DNA of 64,000 nt from an uncultured Actinomycetes bacterium (lineage in GTDB: Bacteria; Actinomycetota; Thermoleophilia; UBA2241), in contig CAVXRL010000004.1 in the NCBI GenBank assembly GCA_963764225.1, forward strand, positions 273,909 through 337,908, written 5' to 3'. Within the stretch, counting starts at the first letter, position 1, and every line of letters starts with the position of its first letter. Below, piece by piece: positions 16,416 to 24,736 of this stretch. The translations under genes and the position numbers were made by a program. Below the pieces are notes generated by a model, which was given only the letters and a program-made list of their open reading frames with translations, had not been told where the DNA came from and made no database searches.

Positions 16416-17947
16416 CCCAGCTCCTCGGCGAGCAGCTTCCGCAGCTCCGCCCTGATCGCCTTTCCCGACCCCGTGCGTGGGATCTGCCCGACGGCGATCA
16501 CGCGGCTGGGCAGGGACGTGGAGGGCAGCACGCCGCGCAGTTCACGCAGCAGCCTGCTGGCCCTGAAGCCGTCCGGCTCGTTGGGGACCACGAACGCGAC
16601 CGGCACGTGACCGAGGATCTCGTCGGGCGCGGCCACCACGGCCACATCGGCGAACCGGCCGAGACCCTGCAGCGCCTCCTGCACGTGGATGATGCTGACC
16701 TTCTCACCGCCGCGCTTGATGATGTCGTCCTTGCGGCCGGCGATCCACACGGCGCCGGTCTCGTCGACCTTGCCGAAGTCGCCGGTCTTGAGGCCGTGAG
16801 CGGTCAGGGTCTTCGCCGTGATCTCCGGCTCGTCCAGGTAGCCCTGCATGAGCAGCGAGCCGGTGACGTAGAGCTCGCCCTGCTCGCCGGGCGCGGCCTC
16901 AGTGAGGTCGCCGCGCCGGGCGACGACGCGCATGTCGCCGATGGGCCGGCCGACGGAGCCGACTTTGAGGTCGAGCTCGGCCGGCGGCAGCACGCACAGC
17001 CGGCCGCTCACCTCGGTGAGGCCGTACATGTTGAACAGCGCGACGCCCGGGAGCACGGCCTGGAACTTCTCGATCACCGGCAGCGGCAGGTGGTCGCCGC
17101 TGCTCACCCAGAACCGGAACGCGTGCTCGCGCGGCTCCTGCATCGGCTCGACGACGCGCACCAGATGGGCCGGCGCGCCGCCGAAGCCAGTGCAACCCTC
17201 CGCCTCCATCTCGTCCAGCAGCCCCGTCCCGAAGTAGAAGCCGAGCTGCCCGGCGACGCCCCCGCCCGCGGCCATGAGCGTGAGGAAGTGGCAGATGCCG
17301 CTGGTGAAGTACGGCGGCGTGTTGATGAACACGCGGTCGCCGGCCCGCAGGCCGAGCGTCTGAGAGACGTACCCGGCGTTGCTCGAGACGGCCCGCAGCG
17401 TCTGGCGCACGCCCTTGGGCAGCCCCGTGGTGCCCGACGTGAACATGATCATCGCCGTCTCGTCCTCGCGCACGGGCTCGAGCCGGTCCGCCGGAGCGGC
17501 AGCGACGGATCCGCCGCCGGCCGCGCGCAGGCCGTCCACCAGCCCCTCCGCGTCGGCGGTGACGACCAGCCGCGTGGGGCCGTCCGCGGGAGTCGGGCAC
17601 ACCTCGTCGTCCGGCAGCACGATCAGGTCCGGCCGGCACTTGCCCAGCAGCCAGTCGAGGTCGTTCTGCGGCAGGCTCACGTTGAGCGGGACGACGACCT
17701 GGCCGGCCAGCCACGCGCCGAGCATGCAGGCGAAGAACTGGTCGTACTCCTCCAGCACGAACGCGACGCGGGCGCCGCGGCGGCCGGCGGCGGCCAGGAG
17801 GGCCGCCGCGATCCGCGTCGCCCGCGCGTCCAGGTCCGCGTAGGTGTACACCCGGCCGCGCGTGCGCACGAGCGTCTCGTCCGCGCGCTCGACCGCCCAG
17901 CGGCGGAGGCGCGCGACGGCGTCTGTCATCAGTGCTTCGGTGGTCAC
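16412..17947 (-). CDS. Class I adenylate-forming enzyme (AMP-binding ligase)
   Basis: FTSGTTGLPKG, NMYGLTE, KTGDFG, GRKDDIIKRGG, PRTGSGK. Confidence 0.9.
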   Translation of the reverse strand: MTTEALMTDAVARLRRWAVERADETLVRTRGRVYTYADLDARATRIAAALLAAAGRRGARVAFVLEEYDQFFACMLGAWLAGQVVVPLNVSLPQNDLDWLLGKCRPDLIVLPDDEVCPTPADGPTRLVVTADAEGLVDGLRAAGGGSVAAAPADRLEPVREDETAMIMFTSGTTGLPKGVRQTLRAVSSNAGYVSQTLGLRAGDRVFINTPPYFTSGICHFLTLMAAGGGVAGQLGFYFGTGLLDEMEAEGCTGFGGAPAHLVRVVEPMQEPREHAFRFWVSSGDHLPLPVIEKFQAVLPGVALFNMYGLTEVSGRLCVLPPAELDLKVGSVGRPIGDMRVVARRGDLTEAAPGEQGELYVTGSLLMQGYLDEPEITAKTLTAHGLKTGDFGKVDETGAVWIAGRKDDIIKRGGEKVSIIHVQEALQGLGRFADVAVVAAPDEILGHVPVAFVVPNEPDGFRASRLLRELRGVLPSTSLPSRVIAVGQIPRTGSGKAIRAELRKLLAEELG

Positions 17948-17966
17948 GTGCCCCCCGGCGATGCGG

Positions 17967-18167
17967 TCAGAAGCCGACGTAGCGGAACTCGGTGAGCTTG
18001 TTGCCCACGAGCACGGCCACGGTGATGGCGAGGAAGAGCAAGAACCACAAGAACGTCTGCAGGCTCAGGCCGAGGAGGTAGTAGAACCACTGGGTCCTCG
18101 GCCCCACCGGCCGCGGCGCCTCCGCGCCCTCCGCCGGCTGATCGGGCGCGCCTCCCGGCTCAGCCAT
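17967..18167 (-). CDS. Small single-TM protein with DltX-like C-terminal motif FRYVGF
   Basis: 66 aa, one hydrophobic helix, ends F-x-Y-x-x-F. It lies between the carrier protein and the ligase. Confidence 0.7.
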   Translation of the reverse strand: MAEPGGAPDQPAEGAEAPRPVGPRTQWFYYLLGLSLQTFLWFLLFLAITVAVLVGNKLTEFRYVGF

Positions 18168-18408
18168 CGCCCGCCTTCTTGCGCGCGACGTAGGCCAGCA
18201 TGTGATTCACGGTGTCGAGGTTCTCGTAGACGATGTCCATGGGCTTCACCTTGATCTCGAACTCCTCCTCGAGAAACGCGATGAGCGCCGTGAGGTTCAT
18301 GGAGTCGAGCAACTGGTCGCGGAACAGCGAGGTGTCGGGATTGACCTCGTCGTCCTCGAGGTCGGCCTCGTCGCGGATGAACTCGAGGATGGTGTCGGCG
18401 TCGGACAT
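18160..18408 (-). CDS. Acyl/aminoacyl carrier protein (DltC-like)
   Basis: 82 aa, acidic. LLDSM phosphopantetheine site, LEEEFEI, ENLDTV. GGAGG RBS before ATG 18408. Confidence 0.88.
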   Translation of the reverse strand: MSDADTILEFIRDEADLEDDEVNPDTSLFRDQLLDSMNLTALIAFLEEEFEIKVKPMDIVYENLDTVNHMLAYVARKKAGDG

Positions 18409-18437
18409 GTGGCGATCCTCCGGTGGGAGCGGGAGCG

Positions 18438-19121
18438 TCAGGTGCGGGTGCCCTGCGAGTACGAGAAGCGCATGTAGTTCTGGTAGCCGGTGCTCTCGGC
18501 GCCGGCCTTGACGAGGCCGGCGAGCGTGAACACCCGCTGCGCGGTCTGGAAGGCCTGCTCGAGGCCCCACTCGTCACTGAGGACGTGGCCCTTGGCCCCG
18601 GCCCAGGCGTAGGCGCCGAACTGGCAGGTGCCGTCGCCGTTGCCCACCACGAGGCAGCCGTTACGGATGAACGGCAGCCAGGTGGCCAGGATGGCCGTCT
18701 CCGCGCCGCCGGAGCGGCGCCCCGCGGTAGCGAGCACGCCGACCGGCTTGTCGGCGAGCTTGAAGTCCTGGTGGCGCAGCGGGCGCGTGCGCATGATGAA
18801 CTTGCTGAAGAGGTCCGACGGCAGCCCGAAGTACACGGGCGTCGCGACGAGGAGCCCGTCGGCGGCCACCATGGCGTCCAGGATGCTCTGCACATCGTCC
18901 TCGTGCTCACGGACACAGGGGATGAACGTGCCGTCCTTCTTCTTGCCGCACACGGCGCACGCCTTGCACGGCTCGATGTGCTGGTCGCGCAGGTGGATGA
19001 CTTCGTGTTCACACTCGCCGGGGTACACGGCGTCGAGCTTCTCGAACGCGCTCTCGAGCATGATCGCGCTGTTGCTGTTGTCGCGGGGGCTGCAGTTGAG
19101 CCCCAAGAGCCGCACCGTCAT
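18438..19121 (-). CDS. Flavodoxin-like iron-sulfur flavoprotein
   Basis: CSPRDNSNS, PCKACAVC...PC, ATPVYFG, GRRSGGAE. Confidence 0.85.
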   Translation of the reverse strand: MTVRLLGLNCSPRDNSNSAIMLESAFEKLDAVYPGECEHEVIHLRDQHIEPCKACAVCGKKKDGTFIPCVREHEDDVQSILDAMVAADGLLVATPVYFGLPSDLFSKFIMRTRPLRHQDFKLADKPVGVLATAGRRSGGAETAILATWLPFIRNGCLVVGNGDGTCQFGAYAWAGAKGHVLSDEWGLEQAFQTAQRVFTLAGLVKAGAESTGYQNYMRFSYSQGTRT

Positions 19122-19304
19122 GCGTCGTGCTCCTCTCCGTGCACAGCCGCCCGCGAGAGCGGGCGGCAGGGAAACGTCAGACCCGCGGGTCGCGTACGGG
19201 ACGCCATCCTACCAGACGCCGGCCTCGCGCGCGCCCGCGTGAGAGCTCGGGCGCCGCTCGGACGCGCCTGCGACGGGTGCGTTCACAGCAGGGAGCAGGA
19301 GGAG

Positions 19305-19392
19305 TGGTGCCGGAGGTGGGACTCGAACCCACACGCCCTTTCGGGGCACCCGATTTTGAGTCGAGCGCGTCTACCAGTTCCGCCACACCGGC
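19305..19392 (-). tRNA. tRNA-Leu(CAA)
   Basis: GCCGGTGTGGCGGAACTGGTAGACGCG-CTCGA-CTCAAAA-TCGGG, long variable arm, GTTCGAGTCCCAC...CCGGCACCA. Confidence 0.95.
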
Positions 19393-19677
19393 ACCGGTGC
19401 ATGCAGGGAAGCTCCCCGGCAAGCAGAGCGGCCGCTTGCGAACAGACCGCGGATCTTGCTCCGCTTTCGCCGTGGGGCCGCCACTCGCACATTCTGACGC
19501 ATTCCGGCTGCCTTGTGCATCTTCTGCTCCCGGCGCCCTCGCCTGCCGCCCGCTCCCACAGGACGTTACGTTCCGTCGCACGTCCCCCGGACCGGCGGCA
19601 ATAAGAAGACCAGAGGGAACGGCGGGGCCGGCAGAGGGTCCTCTGGGCGGGGCCCGCAGAGTAAAGGAGAGCGCACG

Positions 19678-20073
19678 ATGTCAAATGACTACGACTGGTA
19701 CTCCAGCGAGGCTCTGGAGAAGCAGGGCGTCGATGGGAGCACGCGTCCGCGTCCGGAACAGACACCCGCGTACATGCCTTCCATGTACGACTACGGGCTC
19801 AAGCACGTCATCGCCATCAACAGCGAGTACGGCGGGTGGGACACCTGGCTCAAGGTGTTCGGCTCAGAAGATGCGGCCCTGACCAAGCTGACCGATGCAG
19901 TCACGGACATCTACCGCAGTCTCGACGAGGCCACGGTCGCGGAGCCCGATCTCATGCCGCATGCGTCTGCGATCATCGAACACGCGTTGAGCGTCGTCGA
20001 ATACGAGAACCGTGACGCGATGTATGCCGAGCTGCGGGCGATCGAGAAGTCGCACGGGACGTATCGAGGCTAG
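19678..20073 (+). CDS. Hypothetical protein (131 aa)
   Basis: AAGGAG RBS, ATG 19678, protein-like composition. No family recognised. Confidence 0.65.
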   Translation: MSNDYDWYSSEALEKQGVDGSTRPRPEQTPAYMPSMYDYGLKHVIAINSEYGGWDTWLKVFGSEDAALTKLTDAVTDIYRSLDEATVAEPDLMPHASAIIEHALSVVEYENRDAMYAELRAIEKSHGTYRG

Positions 20074-20145
20074 TCCCCGCTCCGCCGACCGCCGCCGCTC
20101 ATCTTCCCGGCGCGCCGCCCCCGAGGCGGCGCGCCGGTCGCCCGA

Positions 20146-20850
20146 TCAGTACTGCGACGCGAACGTGGTGGTCCACATCTGCGGGCCCATGCCCTTGTGG
20201 ATGGCGTAGGCGGTCGCGAAGATCTGCGAGCTGCCGTCGTAGATGCTGTCGCTCCTCCATGGGTTCCAGCTGGCGGACCAGCTCCCGGTCCAGTACTGGA
20301 ACAGGCCCTTGAAGGCGCTGCCGGAGCCCGCGAACCGCTGCCCGCCGGACTCGCGCATCATCATCCGGTACATGCCTTGGGAGCTGACGTGGTACCTGGC
20401 CGCGGCGACCTCGATGATCTTCATCCACTGGTGCTGCTTCTCCCAGCGCACCAGGTTCTGCTCGAGCCGGTACTGCCGGGCGAGCCTGCTGACCCGCTGC
20501 CTCCACACGCGCACGGCCTTACGGGCCCTGACGACCTTCGCACGGAGCTCGGCGACGGTCGGGACGGCGACGGTCGCCGCGCTGGGCGAGGGTGTGGGTG
20601 TCGGCGTCACGGAGGGATCTCCAGACTCTGTGGTGACGATCGCCAGCCCGGTCTGCACGGCCTGGGCGGCGGCGAGGGCGGCCCGGACGGACCTCAAGCG
20701 GTCTCTGGACTGCCGCAGCGCGACTCTGGCGCCGCGCAACTTGCTCTTGGTGGTGGCGGCCTCAGCCTTCTGGGGGAGGGCTACTGCGGCCAGGGCGGTG
20801 GCGACGATGAGGATCATGACGATCGCGATCCAGCTCTTGCATCGACTCAC
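20146..20850 (-). CDS. Secreted protein with coiled coil and C-terminal lytic transglycosylase/Rpf-like domain
   Basis: Signal peptide (AEA), PT-rich linker, MMRESGG...GLFQY...W...QIFATA lysozyme-fold motif. Confidence 0.7.
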   Translation of the reverse strand: MSRCKSWIAIVMILIVATALAAVALPQKAEAATTKSKLRGARVALRQSRDRLRSVRAALAAAQAVQTGLAIVTTESGDPSVTPTPTPSPSAATVAVPTVAELRAKVVRARKAVRVWRQRVSRLARQYRLEQNLVRWEKQHQWMKIIEVAAARYHVSSQGMYRMMMRESGGQRFAGSGSAFKGLFQYWTGSWSASWNPWRSDSIYDGSSQIFATAYAIHKGMGPQMWTTTFASQY

Positions 20851-21396
20851 AACGTCCTTTCGACGGGGTTTCCCCGAGGGCAGCGGCTTCCAGCCTGTGC
20901 CCTGGAGCGTTCGGCGCCCGGTACGCCGCCGGCCAGCATGCGAACGCCGCGTGGGTGAAAGGGAGAAGAGAGGGGCGAACGGATGTGGGGGCGGCAGTGG
21001 CGCCTCGTTGTGCGTTCGGGTCGTTACTCAATCAGCCGCGGTGAGCCTGCGCAACCCGGCGCCGTTGACGCGGCCGCGAACACGACTTGCCCTCAACCCG
21101 TGGTCGAGGGTCCACTCGGGCCGCTCAGGCGCCCGGCACGGGCCTCCCTCGTCACGACCCTCACCCGCTGCCTCAGCGAGCGTCAGGGCGTGCGAGAGGG
21201 GCGCTGACCGGGTGCCTGAGTGAACCCTCGAGCGGTGGCTGAGAGACGGCATCAAGCCCCGCTCGAAGGTTGCCGGAAGCGACATCACAGGGGAATCGGG
21301 CCGGAGCCGGCGGACGCGGTCCCGACTGTACGTCGACGCGCGCTCGGAGGGGTCGACGTGGACCCTTCCCGACGCGATGACGACAGGCGAAGACCC

Positions 21397-22014
21397 TCAC
21401 GGGGACGGGCTGAGCATCTCCGCCTCGACGATCCATCCGGCGATGTGGCCGGCGCTGCGGACGAGCTGGAACCCGGCCTCGGTCGCCGTCCGCACCGTGT
21501 CGCGGTCGAGGCGACAGCCCGCCGCCACGGCGGACCAGGCCGGGGCGGCGGCGGATTGCAGGGCCCGCCCCGGCTCCCATGCGAGGTGGACGTGCTCGAG
21601 CAGCAGGAGCGGGCTGCCGGGGACGAGGACCCGGCGGAGCTCGGCGAGCGCCGCCGCCGGGTCGCCCACCGTGCAGAGCGCGAACGCGCTGACGGCCGCG
21701 TCGAAGCTCGCGTCGGCGAACGGAAGCGCTTCTGCGCGGCTGCCGACGACGCGCACCCGGGCGGCGGCGCGCGCCGCGCGCGCGGCCAGGCGGGCGCGCA
21801 TACCGTCGTCCGGCTCCACCGCCGTGACCTCGGTGCCGGGCGCGTACCAGCGCAGCTGCGCGCCCGTGCCCGACCCGATCTCGAGCACCCGTCCGCGTGC
21901 CCGCGCGCCGACGCGCCGTCGCCAGGCGCCGACGGCGGCTCGTTCGAACGGCCACATCACCGCGTCGTACACGGCGGCGTGACCTCCGGGAGAGGTTGAG
22001 AAGCGTGCGTCCAT
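21397..22014 (-). CDS. Class I SAM-dependent methyltransferase
   Basis: VLEIGSGTG, AEALPFADASFD, LCTV, LLEHV. Confidence 0.88.
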   Translation of the reverse strand: MDARFSTSPGGHAAVYDAVMWPFERAAVGAWRRRVGARARGRVLEIGSGTGAQLRWYAPGTEVTAVEPDDGMRARLAARAARAAARVRVVGSRAEALPFADASFDAAVSAFALCTVGDPAAALAELRRVLVPGSPLLLLEHVHLAWEPGRALQSAAAPAWSAVAAGCRLDRDTVRTATEAGFQLVRSAGHIAGWIVEAEMLSPSP

Positions 22015-22090
22015 ACCAGAGACTTACTCGGTCACCACGTCCCCGGGTTGATGCCCGCTCGGGCGGCGCCGCACGCATCGGGGGGGATGG

Positions 22091-22537
22091 ATGGGTCTGT
22101 TCGACTTCGTCAAGTACGACAGGGACGCGACGGGCGCGGAGGTGGACGAAGCCACGCGGTCGGAGCTCCGCCGTCTGGCCAATCTCTTCCTCCTCTCGTC
22201 GGTCACGCTCATCGTACTGCTGCTCGAGGTCTTCGCCCGCGCCCTCGGCGTGAGCTTCATCCCCCAGCCGGTGTACGGCGTCGCCGGCCTCGTCTTCCTG
22301 GTCGGCTGGGCGGCGACGTTCGTCTACGGTCTGTACGTCACGTTCCGAGCCGCTCGCTGGGGCTGGTTCGTGCTCTGCGTCATCCCCGTCACCTGCGTGC
22401 CGGCGAGCGTGGCCTACGCCTGGATCCGGCGCGGCGAGATCGAGCGCGAAGTGCTCGGCGAGGACGGCGGCAGGAGGTCAGGCCGGACGACCGCCGCGCA
22501 GGCGCGGCAGCGCCGCGGCGGCAGGAACAAGCGCTGA
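22091..22537 (+). CDS. Hypothetical membrane protein
   Basis: Three hydrophobic segments and GC-third-position codon pattern. Confidence 0.65.
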   Translation: MGLFDFVKYDRDATGAEVDEATRSELRRLANLFLLSSVTLIVLLLEVFARALGVSFIPQPVYGVAGLVFLVGWAATFVYGLYVTFRAARWGWFVLCVIPVTCVPASVAYAWIRRGEIEREVLGEDGGRRSGRTTAAQARQRRGGRNKR

Positions 22538-23544
22538 CCGACGCCTCCGCGCCTCGCCGCCGCCACCCCTGGCGCACGGCGATCATCTTCATGGCCGTGA
22601 TCGTGGCGCTGTTCCTCGTCGTCCCGCGCCTCGCGGGGCAGCGCCACGCACTCGAACTGGTCGGTGAGGCCTCGCCCGCATGGCTGGCCGCGGCGGTGGC
22701 CGTCGAGTGCGTCTCCATCCTTTTCTACTCGCTGCTCTTCCGCCGCCTCCTCGACCTGCTTCGCTACCCGCTCACGCTCGGACTGGCGCTGCGCATCAAC
22801 CTCGCGGGCCTCGCCGCCGCGCACCTGTTCTCGGCCGGCGGCCTGGGCGGCGCGGCGGTCACCTATCGCGCGCTGCAGAAGCGAGGCATGCCCCACGCCA
22901 TGGTGCTCATCGCCGTCATCTTCCAGAACGCCTTCGCCTACTTCTTCCTGTTCGCGCTGTTCGCCGCGAGCCTGCTGGTCCTCATCGCGCGCGGCCGCGG
23001 CGGAGACGCCGCGACGGTCGTCTCGACCCTCCTCGTGGCGCTCGTCCTCGCGCTCACCGGCTACGGGTTCTGGCTCCTCAACCACCCCACCTCGCTGCGC
23101 CGGCGCTCCCGGCGGGTCATCGCCTGGCTGGAGCGGCGCACGCGGCGGGTCCGCGTGGACCGCGAGAAGCTCGAGGAGTACCTCGACGGCGTCATCGACG
23201 GCTGGCGCAGACTGCGGCGTGACGGCTGGGGACACCTCCGCACGGTGGGGCACGCAGCGGGCTACTGGGGTTTCGACATCGTCTGCCTGCTCTTCGTGAT
23301 GCTGGCGTTCCACCAGTACCTCGCCATCGACCTGGTCGTCATCGCCTACGCGGTCGCCTACGTGGTCGGCACCTTCTCCCCCACGCCCAGCGGCCTGGGC
23401 GCCGTGGAAGGCGTGCTCATCGCGCTGCTCGTCGGCTTCGGGCTCGCGTCGGGCCCCGCGGTCGCCGTGGTGCTCGTGTACCGCCTCATCTTCTTCTGGC
23501 TCCCGATCCCCGTCGGGCTGGGCACGTACCTCACCGTGCGCTGA
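22534..23544 (+). CDS. Lysylphosphatidylglycerol synthase TM / flippase-like domain protein (UPF0104), paralog 1; start uncertain (CTG 22534 or ATG 22591)
   Basis: Multi-TM with SAGGLGG, PTPSGLGAVEG, VLVYRLIFFWLP. Confidence 0.8.
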   Translation: MTDASAPRRRHPWRTAIIFMAVIVALFLVVPRLAGQRHALELVGEASPAWLAAAVAVECVSILFYSLLFRRLLDLLRYPLTLGLALRINLAGLAAAHLFSAGGLGGAAVTYRALQKRGMPHAMVLIAVIFQNAFAYFFLFALFAASLLVLIARGRGGDAATVVSTLLVALVLALTGYGFWLLNHPTSLRRRSRRVIAWLERRTRRVRVDREKLEEYLDGVIDGWRRLRRDGWGHLRTVGHAAGYWGFDIVCLLFVMLAFHQYLAIDLVVIAYAVAYVVGTFSPTPSGLGAVEGVLIALLVGFGLASGPAVAVVLVYRLIFFWLPIPVGLGTYLTVR

Positions 23545-23640
23545 CTCCTCCCCGGCGTCCGGCCTCTCCGTGGCCTGTGGTACTGTCCTGGTCACGTTCA
23601 GGCTCGCCGGCGCGCCGTCGCCGGACCGTGGGGGATCGCC

Positions 23641-24708
23641 ATCAGGAAGACGCTCATCCGCATCATCGTCTTCGCCGTCATCGTGCTGGCGCTCTACCTG
23701 CTGCTGCCCAAGCTGGTGGACACCCAGCAGACGCTCCAGTACATCTCCCACGCGAGCTACTTCCTGCTCGGCGTGGCGGTCGCGTCCGAGATCGCGGCGC
23801 TGGCCGGGTACGCCAACCTCTTCCGCTACATCCTGCGCGTGCTGGACATCCGCATGCGCCTGGGCGAGGTGTGGGCGGTCACGCTCAGCAGCCTCGCCGT
23901 GAGCCACATCCTCTCCGCCGGCGGCGTCGGCGGCTGGGTGGTCAGCTACAACGCGCTGATGAAGCACAAGGTGCCGCACGGCATCATCTTCGTCGCCATC
24001 GCGGCCCAGCAGTTCTTCAACTACGTCGTGCTGTGGTTCTTCTTCGCCCTGGCGATCGTCTACCTCATCGTCACGCGCGGGGGCGACTCCATCTTCGGCT
24101 ACCTGGTCGGGATCGTGCTCATCGTCCTCCTCCTCTGGCTCACGTTGTACGGTGTCTACCTCTACAACCACCCCACGCGGCTGCGCCTGCGCGCGCGCCA
24201 GCTGGCACGACTCGTGAACCGCGTGATGCGGCGCACCGTGGTCAAGGAGCACCACATCGACGGCTGGATCGACAACCTGCTGATCGGCATGCGGCGCATG
24301 ACCGGCCACCGCGGGGCGATCCGCAACACCCTGGGCCTGGCCTGCGTGTTCTGGTTCTTCGACATGCTCGCCCTGTGGTGCACGTTCGCCGCGTTCGGGG
24401 AGAGGATCACCCTCGGTCACCTGCTCGTCGGCTACGTGATCGCCTACTCCATCGGCACGCTGGCGCCCACGCCGGGGGGCCTGGGCGCCGTCGAGGGCAT
24501 CATGATCGCGCTCTACGTGAGCTTCGGCGTGCCGTCCGCGGTGGCGGTGGCCGTGGTGCTCGTCTACCGCATCATCAACTTCTGGCTGCCGATCCCGCCG
24601 GGGTTCGTCGCCTACGCCGTCGTGCGGCCGGGTCGCAAGCCGATCGCCGAAGGCGAGGTCGAGGAGGCGGCCGTCGAGGCGCCGGCCGAGCTGGGCGGGC
24701 GGAGGTAG
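23641..24708 (+). CDS. Lysylphosphatidylglycerol synthase TM / flippase-like domain protein, paralog 2; start uncertain (ATC 23641 or GTG 23683)
   Basis: SAGGVGG, PTPGGLGAVEG, VLVYRIINFWLP. Confidence 0.8.
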   Translation: MRKTLIRIIVFAVIVLALYLLLPKLVDTQQTLQYISHASYFLLGVAVASEIAALAGYANLFRYILRVLDIRMRLGEVWAVTLSSLAVSHILSAGGVGGWVVSYNALMKHKVPHGIIFVAIAAQQFFNYVVLWFFFALAIVYLIVTRGGDSIFGYLVGIVLIVLLLWLTLYGVYLYNHPTRLRLRARQLARLVNRVMRRTVVKEHHIDGWIDNLLIGMRRMTGHRGAIRNTLGLACVFWFFDMLALWCTFAAFGERITLGHLLVGYVIAYSIGTLAPTPGGLGAVEGIMIALYVSFGVPSAVAVAVVLVYRIINFWLPIPPGFVAYAVVRPGRKPIAEGEVEEAAVEAPAELGGRR

Positions 24709-24736
24709 CCCAAAGCGCCGCCTCCCGCCGCCGGCG

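Noticed and set aside
20851-21300. c-di-AMP (ydaO) or c-di-GMP riboswitch
   Set aside because: The conserved consensus segments could not be found by eye. Kept only as an unassigned structured leader.
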